From Felis catus (Eukaryota): a stretch of 64,000 nt of DNA. The translations under genes and the position numbers were made by a program. The DNA lies in the NCBI RefSeq assembly GCF_018350175.1, contig NC_058368.1, positions 166,410,001-166,474,000 on the forward strand. The letters run 5' to 3'. The stretch's first letter is position 1. The number at the start of each line of letters is the position of its first letter. A model generated the notes under the pieces. It ran no database searches, was not told the DNA's origin, and saw only the letters and a program-made list of their open reading frames with translations. Below, in pieces: positions 36,740 through 49,835 of this stretch.

Positions 36740-36980
36740 ACTGATGCTCCAGTTTCATCAGCTGACTTTGTCCATACCACTATGGCCCTTAACATTAATC
36801 TGAATAATATTTGACTTTCTAGATCATTTGAAGTCTGAAAGTGGTAAGAATTTTATTGCAAAAACCATTCAACAATGGGCTGAGTGTCCTTTAATGGAAC
36901 TTCCACAGTACCTAAGATACATAAACATCTGGTATTGCTGAATACTGGAATAGTCTCCTCAATTATTACTCAAAAAGATT
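36740..36980 (+). pseudogene. Retroviral integrase remnant (ERV-L type)
   Basis: Manual translation IFDFLDHLKSESGKNFIAKTIQQWA / (frameshift) WNFHST*DT*TSGIAEYWNSLL resembles the ERV-L core 'SDQGTHFTAK.VQQWA...W.YH.PYHP...GLIERWNGLL'. Confidence 0.7.
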
Positions 36981-37460
36981 TCTGATTCTATATCCATTAC
37001 CTCTTTCTGGTCTTAACAATACATTTTGGTTATATAAATGTAGCTGTCCCCAGAAAGAGTTCATCTCCTCTTATTCTTAGCAGTGATCAGAGGGTAACGA
37101 AAGAAGTAATAAACTGAGTACATTGTTTGCCAAGTCCTCTACAGAGACATATATAAGGTACATAATAGGTCTCTATTAGTGTTATGAAAGTTCCTTTGTC
37201 TCTTTTCTCCTGGTTCTTCTGGATGAAAGCTCTGAGTGTAAAGAGGGTATATTTAGAGTAAAAGTTATAGTATAGCTCCTAGAAACACCAGTTTTTCAGA
37301 GGCAGGGGAAACAATTATCCCACCACTTTTACAGGGAATATATTAAGTCCTTGAAAGTATAGGGGGAAGACTAACTTTTAAAGCTATCCCTAGAGCCCTC
37401 TTCCTCATGAAGTAAAATACACTCTGGATTTTTTTTCCTACACTCATTCCTGCAGTCCTC

Positions 37461-38080
37461 TGTGGTGGGCAGAATTATAAGTTGGCTTCTATCTACTCCA
37501 TGACCTCCCCTACTGTTGTGATCATTGACTTCCTTTCTCCTTGAGTGGAATGGGTTTTGAGACCAGCTTCTAAATAGTAGTATGAGATGTGATGAGATGT
37601 CTCTTCCTTGATTAGGTTACATTATATGGCAGTGATAATGGGCTTTGACTCCTGTGATTATGTTAATAGATATATTACAACTATGCTTTGCTAGCATGAT
37701 CAGAAAAAAATCCCTTTGTTGGCTTAAAGAAGTAAACTGCTAAGTGAGATGGCCCATAGAGAGAGCCATATGGCAAGGAACTGCTCCTAGCCAATAGTCA
37801 TAAAAAAAAAAAAGACTTCAGTTGTACAGCCACAGTAAATAAACTCTACCAGCAACAAAAATGGGCTTGAAAGTAGATCTTTCTCCATTGAAGCCTGTGA
37901 TGTTATGTGAACACAGACCTAGACAGCACCTAAATTACAGCTTATCAAGACCCTGAATCAGAAGGCCCAGATAAGCTGTGCCCACACTGCTCACATACAG
38001 AAACCATGATATAATAAGTGTGTGCTGTGTTGAGATGCTAAGTTTTTGGTGATTTGTTATACTACAATAGAAAACTAACA
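37461..38080 (+). mobile_element. MaLR LTR (MLT1E/F-like) inside the provirus
   Basis: Starts tgtggtgggcagaatt, contains 'gccatatggcaaggaactg', and ends 'tgatttgttatactacaatagaaaactaaca'. Confidence 0.8.
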
Positions 38081-38614
38081 TAAAATGTCTTAATTCTTCT
38101 ATTGGATATCATCACCTCCCATGGCAAATACTACCTGATTATTGGAATGGACAAAGGACAGGTTGGTCTAACTTCTCTTAGGAAATACCTCAAGAACAAA
38201 GGGTAGGTTCAATTACTCAGACTGAATACAGACTTTAAAGACTTACCAGTACAAAAGGAAATGCACCAATGGAGCAATGGAGGCAACTGTGACCTCTGCT
38301 AATGTAGGTCCCATTTGGAGGACCTCAACAATTCTAAATCACAATTACTTTCCAGGGGTACAATGTGCATCCTTGGGACTGTTTCTTGTGTATAATCCAG
38401 GCATTAACTTGCCTCCGTCCCCAAAACAGTGATGTGCACTTTAATGGTGGTCATAACAGACCTGTAATTGCTTAAGGGGACACCACCTGTAGATCACGTA
38501 GCACTCAGACCTTGAGAGGTTCTCTCCTAAATTGGATATCTCTTGGACACTTAGAAAAATTTCTCGGGGAGGGAGTATTAATGTTATCATATACACAGTG
38601 CGGGTAGATGTCTC

Positions 38615-39010
38615 TATAGTGGGAATTATACAATTAGAAAAGGTGTTATGAAATGAGTTTATAACTCATTAGCTAAAGAGATCAGTGATGCCATCTCAGA
38701 CTCAGCTCACTAACCATGACAGTTGTGGATGACAGAATTACCATAATTGTCCCCTTTGTAAAATAAGGTAAGTCTATATATTTACTAATATATCATGTTG
38801 TAGCTTAATGAATACCTTAGCCGAGAGGAAAGGTCAATATAAAAATGCCAATTAGATAAAAAAAAAAGACACTTAGTATTTTAAGTTAGACACTGGTAGT
38901 TTACAGAATTTTTTGACTATTTCAGTCTGGGACTGTTAAAGGCATGGTTGAAACAAATGACAAAGATTGGTCCCATCATGCACCTTGAAGTTCCATTGGT
39001 GTAGACTTAA
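38615..39010 (+). pseudogene. Retroviral env transmembrane-subunit remnant
   Basis: Manual translation GIIQLEKVL*N ... LSSLTMTVVDDRITIIVPFVK*G / (frameshift) FTNISCCSLMNT resembles the heptad/immunosuppressive domain plus CX6CC region of gamma-type TM. It lies just upstream of the PPT and 3' LTR. Confidence 0.6.
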
Positions 39011-39656
39011 TTAAATGGCTGAATTAAAACAACTGAATTGATTTGGTCCCAGTCTCTGATCATCGGGTTATTTAGAGTGCCTAGTAAAGAGGTTTAGCCA
39101 TGAAAAAAAATCCAGTCCCAGGATGGTGCAGAAACAAGGAGTGGATATTATTAGGAGACATTTCTCAACAGATCTCTAGCATTTCTGTATATCTAGAGAA
39201 CAGAAGCATGTAAAGATGCTCATGTGGTAAACAATCTTGAAATACAGAGAGTTCATCTCCTTTCAGAGCAAACAGTCATGCTTATTGCTCATTATAAATT
39301 ATTTGGATTTTCTGAGCTCAAGGCTTCTGTCCTATAATGTAACCTGGATGCAGGCATATATCAGGGTAGCTCTGTGTGGCTGAATAGGACTTGAAGTGCA
39401 GGAGGAATCAATGCAAATATTATGTTCACATTCCATGCTGTAATGTGAGAAACAGTCCTTTGCTCTTACCTGGAAGTCCTGCATGTACCTTCTGAGAACA
39501 TACTTAAAAAACTGTGGCAGGCTAGCCATTTAGCTTATAAAAAGGGTAAAATCTTAAATCTTTTATTGTTCTTTACAGATTTTAAAATACCTTATTTGTT
39601 GTGAAATTTGAGAATGCTTATAGCCAGGGAAGAATTTTTATACCCAATTTTTAAAA

Positions 39657-39870
39657 ATTTTTTTAATGTTTATTTATTTTTGAGACAGAGAGAGGCAGAG
39701 CATGAACGGGGGAGGGTCAGAGAGAGAGGGAGACACAGAATTGGAAGCAGGCTCCAGGCTCTGGGCCATCATCAGCCCAGAGCCCGACATGGGGCTCGAA
39801 CTCACGGACCGTGAGATTGTGACCTGAGTTGAAGTCGGAAGCTTAACCAACTGAGCCACCCAGGCGCCCC
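39657..39870 (-). mobile_element. CAN-SINE, young
   Basis: 18-bp TSD tata(c/t)ccaatttttaaaa (39639-39656, 39871-39888). Confidence 0.95.
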
Positions 39871-41390
39871 TATATCCAATTTTTAAAATCAGTTAACTTT
39901 ACTAAAGAAATAGAAACAATGAAATGTTTGCATTTGTATTATATCAGAAATAAAATCATATTCTTTTAGCTATGTACTTAATCACTGTTGTTTGAGATTT
40001 TTTTCCTCAGTGATAGAGTTTATTTAATTATGTTTTCCAACAACTAACAACTGTCCATGTATTTCTCCATTTTCTCATAAAAAAGTATTTTAAAATATTA
40101 TCTGATCAAGAGCCAAAAATAAAAATAGTTTACAGTATATAAATTGAATAATAAAATATTTCTTGAGAAACCATACTTTAGGAAGTGATTAGGATTAACC
40201 ATTTTGAGAATAGGTAAAGACCTATGCTTGTAGTTTTTACACCATAAAATTCATACCATTTTGCAAATTAACATTTTCCTTATAATATGATCTCTCAGTA
40301 CATTCACATCTACATCATCCATTTTATCATGGTCTGGCGTATAGATATATTGTAATGCATTTAATAATTCTCTTATGATGAATAATTTGGTGATCTCTCA
40401 TACTTATTTTTGTGTTAATATAAACAATACTGAAATGAACATCTTCATTCCTTAGATTTTCTAGAATACATTCCTGAAATTGGAATTGCAGGATTACATA
40501 TAATTAATTTTCCGCTCTAATGTTTTTAAAATTTAAGTTAATTTATTTTACATCTAAATACCCTTCCTTAATATACAAAAAGTTGAAAAGCTATAACTAA
40601 TGTATGTCTCTGTCATGAAGAATAAACTGAGCTATGAAAATTCACCAAAACTTATAAAAATGCACCAAAAGCTGAACTCAAGTAAATGAAGCATATCTTT
40701 AGAATTAGAAACAATGAATTAATTTTAATGAAATAAGTATGATAGATATACAATAATCATGAGGGAGATGATATACCTTATTATGATGTTAATTCTTTCC
40801 AAAAATTCATCTATAAATCCAATGAAGTCTTAACCAAGAGAAACTATCAGCCAAATAAAAGCAAAGTTGGCTTCTTCACAAAATCTCATTTTATGAAGTG
40901 TATAAAATACAGTTAAGGAGGTAATATGGAAACAGAATTATTATCCTCACAATCTTATTATAAACAACAGAGAAAGTAATAATGATTAACATCTGCAGTT
41001 GACAGTTGAAGTAGAGCAAAACTTTATCCCCTAAACTTAGAGAGTAAATGAACCACTTTTTACTGAAGATCTGCAATGAGTCATACCCTTTGTTGGTAGC
41101 TTTATAAATATTACATTGAACCAGTAATTAGTTCAAATGAACATACTGAGATAACCATACAAAATGTTTTATTTACTCTCTATTGCTATATTTCAACGGG
41201 TCAAAAAGAAAAAAAAAGAATTACTATTGGTTCTTTAAAACACCTTTTTTCCCCCTGAAATCTCGATCTTGCACCAATTCCTGTTCAGACACCAAATGCT
41301 GACTCAGTGTCTATTATATCTCACTACTTATATTTGTGAATACTAACTTAATGCTTTGACAACTGGCTGTTTATTTCTCTGAACCAGTTA

Positions 41391-41721
41391 CAGTTGACTT
41401 TTGAACAACACAGGTTTGAACTGCTCAGGTCCAGTTATACTCAGATTTTTTTTTGTAAATACAGTGCATTACTGTAAATGCATTTCTCTTCCTGATAATA
41501 TTCTTAATAACATTTTCTTTTTTCTGGCTTGTTTTTTTGTAAGAATACAGTATGTAATATATATAACATGTAAATATGTATTAATTGACTATGTTATCAG
41601 TAAGGCTTCTAGACAACAGTAGGCTATTGGTTGTTAAGTTTTGGGGGAGTCAAAGTTATATGTGGATGTTTGTGCAGGGGTGTCAGCACCTTTAACCAGT
41701 GTGTTGCTGAAGGATCAATAG
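41391..41721. mobile_element. Tigger2-type non-autonomous DNA transposon (Tc1/mariner-pogo MITE)
   Basis: Degenerate TIRs cagttgacttttgaacaacac / gtgttgctgaaggatcaatag, flanked by TA on both sides. Confidence 0.88.
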
Positions 41722-42086
41722 TAATACCATTTAAAAAATTTAATATATGTAGTTATCCTTTAGACAAGATTTGATCTAAATACTATATTCTTATTTAGAT
41801 ATTCTTTACCTAGTTCATGAGACCAATTTATAATTTGATATATTTTTGAGTAAGATAGCATTTATTTAACCAATCAAGAATATTTAAATAGATGAATTTA
41901 GTGGACCAATGAAACTTACTTTCTGCCATATGAATAATATAGGAACAATCTAAATGTTTTCCAAAGTGATGCATTTCAATAGGCACATTGCTAGATAGAC
42001 TCTTAAGTGTAACCTATGAACATGCTGAATTCCTAATATTAGTAAAATCTTACACTGGCCTGAGGATTAATGGGGTGACTTCTAAA

Positions 42087-42307
42087 TGTTTATTTATTTT
42101 AAAATAAATTTATTTATTTATTTTGAGACACAAAGAGAAAGCGTGAGCAGGGGAAGGGCAAAGAGAGAGAGGAAGAAGAGAATTCCAAGCAGGCTCCACG
42201 CCATCAGTGTAGAGCCTAACACAGGGCTTGATAGCACAACTGTGAGATCATGACCTGAGCCAAAATCAAGAGTCAGATGCATAACTGACTGAGCCACCCA
42301 GGGCCCC
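42087..42307 (-). mobile_element. CAN-SINE
   Basis: TSD ggtga(c/t)ttctaaa on both flanks. Confidence 0.92.
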
Positions 42308-44349
42308 AGGTGATTTCTAAAAAAAAAAAAAATACCAGATGAAGATAGTTTTTGAAAAACTATGATATTTATGTGTATTTTTTAAGACTTATAGCTAATA
42401 GGAATATTTATTGACCCATGTGGTTGTATCTCTTCAGATTGATAAACAAGAGCTGAAATTAAAATGCCTTGTTGGAGCTCAACTTATATAGATTTTCATT
42501 TCACATCCGGCATTTATAGAACTTGGTATCTTATTGCCTTCTGTCACCTCTCATTAACTATGCCAGTCTATCTCCACACTATACATCACATATTACAAGG
42601 ATGTAATGCAGCAGTGGAAAGGAAAAGAGGATCCTATTTGTATTGGCATCATATATCCACTTTGAATTGAGATACTGTCTGATCAAGATCCAAGAAAAAC
42701 ATGAAGAGGAAAATGGACCAGGCCTCCATCAATATTGCCTTTTGAAATGATTCAGAAATGTGGTAATACTTGATATAACTGGATTTCTGTCACATTAAAT
42801 AACAGATGTTCTGGGAGCTCCTTCACTACCACAATCTTCATCCCCATATCCAAATGCATTCAAAGTTCTATTAGATATACTTAATGACCTGTTACCCGAA
42901 TTTTCCTTCTAATTAAATTATATCATCTAGGTAAATACAAGTAGGAGAAGTTAAATTAAATTAAAGGTAATTTTTTCCCTCCATTATCTTGAACACTGAG
43001 ATCAAGCCTTTTTTTTTTTCAATTGAAGATTATTCAAGATACAAGGTTATTCCATTTAAAGGAGAAAATGAAGATCAGTGATAGTTTGAGTACATAAACA
43101 GCATGAAATTTTGTAACCACAGAAAGTAATTAAAATGCTGTTGGCACTTTTGTGTCATATATAATTGTTTTGTTTGGTCAAAAGCATAAGCTGAAATTAG
43201 CTTGTCTAGGCAGTCTGCCCCCAAATTATAATTTGTCTAAAACTTGTTTATTTGATAAAACCTATGTTTTAGATGATTATATTTTTGTTCTGTTTTGTTT
43301 TTGCTTTTCTATTCAGGAAGGATCATGGCTTCTTTCTGAAGACATTAATAAAAGGAAACTACATTTCTATAATATCAAAATGTTTTGGAAACAAAAATGG
43401 ATTATTTTATTAGCACTCAACTTAAGTTCTGAAACTACACTTTCCCACCTCATATTACTCTTGGGAAAAGAGTAGATTAAGATTTATCTTCAATTAAATT
43501 TATGATTCAAATAAAAGTTTTTGATATTTTGATGAGCGCTGGCATGAAATACTGGCAAAATCCTCATTTGGATCTATTTTAAGGAATGGTTGGAAATGGT
43601 GTTCAAAATATAATGTATTAATATCTTGCACAAGCTCTAAAATATGTTAATTGTCCTACCAGAATTTCATTTGCCATAGGAACTATTCCCTTTTTATTTA
43701 AGTAACTACCTGACAATAACAGAATGGGCATGAAGAATGGAGTCTGTAGAAATGCTTTATCAAAATTAAAATACTCAACTTTTTCAACTATCTTTAGAAA
43801 ACAAAAGTTAAGTAGAATATTTATATCTAGAATACTTGAAATGTAAGAAATAAAATTTCTTCACAAATTGAATAACTGTTTCTTAACTATCCAGACAAAT
43901 TTTCCACCTTTTTTATAAGATAAAAGGAATATTTTGTTTTAGTTTTAAACACAGTACAATAATCCGTCTATGTATTCTTGGCATTTTTATACTAGTTGAG
44001 TAGTAGAATTTCTCATTTGTTTTGCAGTTGTTTTTAAAAGGTACTACCTTTATTTAGAAATAAATGGAAAAATCTTTGGATATTTATTAAGTAACAAGGA
44101 AATAGTGATTATAAAAAAAACTGATATTGAGAATTGAGTTGTTCCCTCTTTCTTATATTTCAGTATCTTTTCCAAGATGCAGTATTTAAATTACATAATT
44201 TTAAAAGTCTGAATACAAATATTCAGTGAACATTGACATTGAAGTCATTTTTAAATCATTATTTATCAGTTGAAAGTTTTTCTGATTTACATTTAGAATT
44301 TTATTTTAATACTGAAGTTACATGATTTGGAATCATGAAAAAGTTAACT

Positions 44350-44552
44350 GTTTTTTAAAGTTTATTTAGAAAGAGACGGAGAGAGCGCAAGTGGGGTAGG
44401 GCCATGGAGAGAGGGGGAGAGAGAGAGGATCCCAAGCAAGCTCCTCGTGCTCAGTGCACAGAACCCAACAAAGGGCTTGAACTCACAAAACCACGAGATC
44501 ATGACCTGAGCCGAAGTCCAACACTTAACCAATTGAGCCATCCAGGCATCCT
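44350..44552 (-). mobile_element. CAN-SINE
   Basis: SINE body with aaagttaact repeated on both flanks. Confidence 0.9.
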
Positions 44553-45171
44553 CTGGCAAAGTTAACTTTAAGATAATTTTAGATGGTAAGAAAATTGCCC
44601 TCTGTAAATGCATATGATGCATAACTCTGTGACCCAGTTTGGCATGTGTTTACGCATCTTAACTTTTTATACATACATATACAAAAAGACTACACAGCCA
44701 ATTCTGAAAAATGGTTGTGAAAATACTAAATTATTGATTAAAATATATCCTGAGTTTTGGAGATGTTGACAGAAATGTCTAATCACTTGTGCATAATTAG
44801 AATTAGAGTGGCTACCTGTATGAGTTTCTAGGGCAAAAAAATTTTTTCGCTTAAATTAAAAAAAATTCATGTGGATATTGAAAGATAAGAAAAATGACAC
44901 ATTTTTCTTCAAAAAGTGGGGCTATCAGGGACACCATTTCAAAAAAAGAATGTGCAATTAACAAAACAGATAAAGTAAACTGAATATGAGACATCATGTC
45001 ATATTAAAAGAACAAAGAAAACTAACTGTAAGAACTCCTAAGGAATATAAAAAGATACATTAATATCATGGCAGTGTTTAGAGAGTATATTTATTTTTAC
45101 AACTATCTTCTACAGTGTGCACATAAGCTATATTTATAAAGCACCAAGTTAAATGTTTATTTATAACATAT

Positions 45172-48100
45172 TTTCTTTTTTCCAGCTTCATTGAGGCATT
45201 ACTGACATATAACATTGTGTGAATTTAAGGTACAACATGACAATTTGCTACACATATATATTGTGAAATGATAACCACCATAACATTACTTAATACGTCC
45301 ATCACCTCACATAATTACCTTTTTGTGTCTGTATGTGATAAGAACATTTAGATCTATCCTCCTGGCATCTTTCAAGTATATAATTGTTAACTATAGTCAC
45401 TACGCTGTGCATGAATTCTTCAGAACTTACTCATCTTCTGACTGAAAGCTTATACCCTTTGATCAAAATCTCACCATTTCCCCCATTTTCCAGATGCTGG
45501 CACCCCCCATTCTATTCTCTGTTTTTATGAATTCAGCTTTTTAAGATTGCACATAGAAGTGAGATTATACAGTATTTGTGTTTCTCTGTCTGATTTTATC
45601 TCATATAGTAGAATGCTCTCAAGGTCCATCCAGATGGCAAGATTTCCTTCTTTCATTAGGCTGAATAATATTCCATTGTAAATGCATTTTATCTTAGCTG
45701 TTGTGAATGATACTGCAATGGATATGGGTGTGCACACATCGCTTTAGGACCTTGATTTCACCTCCTTTGAATATATACCCAGAAGTGGGATTGCTGTATC
45801 ATATAGTAATTTTATTTTATTTTTTACTTGTGTTTAAATTTGAATCCAAGGCAGCTAACATGTAGTGTAATAATGATTTCAGGAATAAAATTTAGTGATT
45901 CATCACTTACATATAACACCCAGTGCTCATCCCAACAAGTGCCCTCCTAACACCCATCGTCCATTCAGTCCCTCTCCCCACCCAACACCCCGCCAGAAAC
46001 CCTCAGTTTGTTCTCTGTATTTAAGAGTCTCTTATGGTTTGTGTCCCTCTTGTTTTAATCTAATTTTTTTCTTTCCTTCCCTTATGTTCATCTGTTTTGT
46101 TTCTTAAATTCCACATATGGGTGAAATCATATATTTGTCTTTCTCTGACTTATTTCACTTAGTATAATACCCACTTGTTCCATCCATATTGTTGCAAATG
46201 GCAAGATTTGATTCTTTTTGATCATCAAGTAATATTCCATTGAATATATATACCACATCTTTTTTATCCATTCATCAGTCGATGGACATTTGGCCTCTTT
46301 CCATACTATGGCTATTGTCGATGCAGCTGCTATGAATATTGGGGTGCATACGTCCCTTTGAACCAGCATTCCTGTATCCTTTGGATAAATACATAGTAGT
46401 GTAATTGGTGGGTCATAGGGCGGTTCTATTTTTAAGTTTTTGAGGAGCCTCCACACTGTTTTCAAAAGTGGCTGCACCAGTTTGTTTTCCCACCAGTAGT
46501 GTGAAAGGGTTCATCTTTCTCTGCATCCTTGCCAACATCTGCTGTTGCCTGAATTGTTAATTTTAGCCATTCTGGCAGGTGTGGGGTAGTATCTCATTGT
46601 GGTTTTTATTTGTGTTTTCCAGATGATGAGTGATGTTGAGCATCTTTTCATGTGTCTGTTAGCCATCTGGATGTTTTCTTTGAAAAGTGTCTATTCATGT
46701 CTTCTGCCCATTTCTTCATTGGATTACTTTGTTTCTTTGGGTGTTGAATTTGATAAGTTCTTTATAGATTTTGGATAATAACCCTTATCCAATATGTCAT
46801 TTGCAATTATCTTCTCCAATTCTGTCAGTTGTCCTTTAGTTTTGCTGACTGTTTCCTTCTCTGTGCAGAATTTTTTTATATTGATGAGGTCCCAATAGTT
46901 CATTTTTGCTTTTGTTTACCTTGCCTTCGGAAACATGTCAAGTAAGAAGTTGCTGTGGCCAAGGTCAAAGAGGTTGTTGTCTATTCTCTCCTCTAGGATT
47001 TTGATGGCTTCCTGTCTTACATTTAGGTCTTTCACCCATTTTGAGTTTATTTTTGTGTATGGTGTAAGAAAATGGTCCAGGTTCATTCTTCTGCATGTCG
47101 CTGTCTGGTTTTCCAAACAGCATTTACTGAAGAGACTGTCTTTTTTCCATTGGTTATTCTTTCCTGCTTTGTCAAAGATTAGTTGGCCATACATTTGTGG
47201 TTCTATTTCTGGGTTCTCTAATCTGTTCCATTGATCTATGTGTCTGTTTTTGTGCCAATACTATACTGTCTTGATGATTACAGCTTTGTAATACAGCTTG
47301 AAGCCCGGAATACTGATGCCTTCAGCTTTGTTTTTTTTATTTTTAATTTTTTGAGGAACCCCCATTATATTTTCCATAGTAGCTGCACCAATTTATGATC
47401 CCATCAACAATGTGTAGGATTCTGTTTTCTCCACATTAGTGATGCTACTTATGACCTCTTGTCTTTTTGATGATAGCCATTTTATCAGATATGAAGTGAT
47501 ATTTCATTGTAGTTTTGAGTTGCATTTCCCTAATGATTAGTGATGTTGAGTGTCTTTTATCGTACCTATTGACAATTGGTAGGTCATCTTTGGGAAAATG
47601 TCTATTTGTCCCTAAGACCATGTTCTAGTCAGATTATTTGTCCTTTTGGTATCGAGTTGTATGGGTTTCTTACATTTTGGATATTAATTCTTAACAGTTT
47701 GAAAATATCCATAGGATGTCTTTTTGTTTGTTGATTATTTCTTTTACTATGCCAAGTTTTTCAAATTTGATTCATTCCCATATTTATTGTTTTCTTCTGA
47801 TGCCTGTGTTTTTGGTGTCATAACCCAAATCGCTGCCAAGATCAATGCTATGTATCCTTCCAGGAATTTTGCCATTTCAGGCCTTATGTTTTTGAGTCTT
47901 TAATCTTTACAAGTTAGTTTTTGTGAGTAGTATAAGATAATGGTCCAGTTTTATTCTTCTGTATATGATTATCCAATTTTCTGAAAATATCTTAGTGAAG
48001 AGATTATCCTTTCCCCATTGAACACTCTTCATTCTCTTGCCAAGTGTTAGTTGACCATATATGTGGGAGTTTATTTCTGGACTCTAAATTCTGTTCCATT

Positions 48101-49650
48101 GGTCTATGTGCCTATTTTTATGCCAGTATTACAGTGTTTTGATTAGTACAGTTTTGTCATATGGTATGAAATGAGGAAGTGTGATGCCTCCAGCTTTGTT
48201 CTTGTTTTTCAGAACTGCTTTGGCTATTCAGTTCCATACAAGTTTTAAGATTCCATATACACTTTAGGATATAATTTTTTTCTATTTCTGTGAAAATGTC
48301 ATTGAAATTTTCATAGAAATTATATTGAATCTGCAGATAACTTTGGGTAGTATGGACATTTAAAAATATAAATTCTTCTAATCCATGAACACAAATAGCT
48401 TTCCATTTATTTGTGTCTTCTTAAATTTCTTCATTAAAGTCTTTTACTTTTCAGTACACAGATCTTTCACTTATTTGGTTAAATTTATTCCTAAGTATTC
48501 TACTGCTTTCGAGGCTATTGTGATTTTAATTGTTTTTCAGGTTTAGCTATTTCATTGTTAGTATATAGAAACACAACTGATTTATGTATCCTAAAAATTC
48601 ACTGAATTAATTTACCAGCTTTAATAGTTTTTGGTGAAGTCTTTATGGATTTTCTATATATAAAATCACATCATCTCCAAAGAGACAATGTTATTTCTTC
48701 CTTTCTGATTTTGGATGTTATGTTGAGCTATATATTCCTTCTATATCCAATTTGTTGAGAGATTTTATCATGAAAGGATGTTAACTTTTGTCAAGTGCTT
48801 TTTCTACACTTATTGAGATGATCATAGGAATTTCATCTTTTATTCTACTAATGTGGTGTATCACATTTATTAATTTGCATATGTTGATCCATCTTTGCAT
48901 CCTAGGAATAAAACCTACTTGATCATGATGTATGTTCCTTTTATAGTTCTGTTGAATTTCATTTGCTAATATTTTGTTAAGAATTTTAGCTTCTATATTT
49001 ATCAGGGATATTGGCCCTCAGTTTTTTGTAGTTCCCTTATCTGGTTTTAGAATCAGTGAAATGCTGACCTCATACAATGAGTATTGTCTCCTATTAAGAT
49101 TTTGGAAAATTTCCAGAGGTACTGGCATTAATGTTTCTTTGAAGATTTTGTAGAATTCACCAGTGAAGTGATCTTTATTGCTGGGGTTTTGTTTGTTGGA
49201 AAGTTTTTGATTACTGATGCAATATCCTTACTGGTTATTGGTCTGTTTGGATTTTTTATTTCCTCAGGATTCAGTATTGTTGAGTTTTATGTTGCTAGGA
49301 ATTTGCCTGTTTCTTCTAGGTTATTCAACTTGTTGGCATATTAATTGTTCATAGTAGTCCCTTCAATTCTTTATATTTCTGCCATATCATTTTTATGCCT
49401 CCTTTTTCATTTCTGATTTTATTTACTTAAGCCCTAGCTCCCGTTGTCTTAGTCTAGATAAAAATGTGTTAATTTTGTTTCCTTTCACAAACAAGGTCTT
49501 AGTTTTCTTACTGTTTTCAATTGTTTCCTGTTTTCTATTTTATTTACTTTTGCTCTCATATTTGTTGTGTCCTTCCATTTGCTGACTTTGTTTTGTTTAT
49601 TCTTTTTCTATTTCCTTGATGTGTAAAGTTAGGTAATTATCTTGATCTTT
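45172..49650 (-). mobile_element. Old L1 (L1MA/MB-like) 3'UTR plus much of ORF2, interrupted by a younger L1
   Basis: Degenerate L1 3' end 45172-45815 resumes in register at ~47336 ('ttttaattttttgaggaacccc') and continues through ORF2 to ~49650. Confidence 0.88.
45815..47335 (-). mobile_element. Younger 5'-truncated carnivore L1 inserted co-oriented into the old L1
   Basis: ORFs 46127-46477 and 46916-47194 are ORF2 C-terminal peptides. It has its own 3'UTR and T-rich flanks. Confidence 0.9.
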
Positions 49651-49835
49651 TTTCTAATCCAGAGGTATTCAAAAAGATAGAGTTTGAACTCTCAACAAAG
49701 AGGAAGTCACATTATCTGAGATGCTAAGATTCCCATATACCATTAACACATAATAATATCCAAATTAGTATCTATCAAAAATCACATCATTTCAAAAATA
49801 CTACTATGCAGAGAACATTGATTCTGAAGCACAGA

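Larger units (their letters stand above)
34973..39577 (+). mobile_element. Ancient class III (ERV-L-like) provirus with two LTRs and a deleted, decayed internal region
   Basis: 5' LTR ~34973-35423 and 3' LTR ~39149-39577 are mutually similar. 5-bp TSD GATTT (34968-34972, 39578-39582). Purine tract before the 3' LTR (39130-39145). Integrase and env-TM remnants inside. Confidence 0.85.

Noticed and set aside
43152..43475. 107-aa ORF in unique AT-rich DNA
   Set aside because: Non-ATG start, low-complexity composition, no recognisable domain and no convincing splice-site pair.
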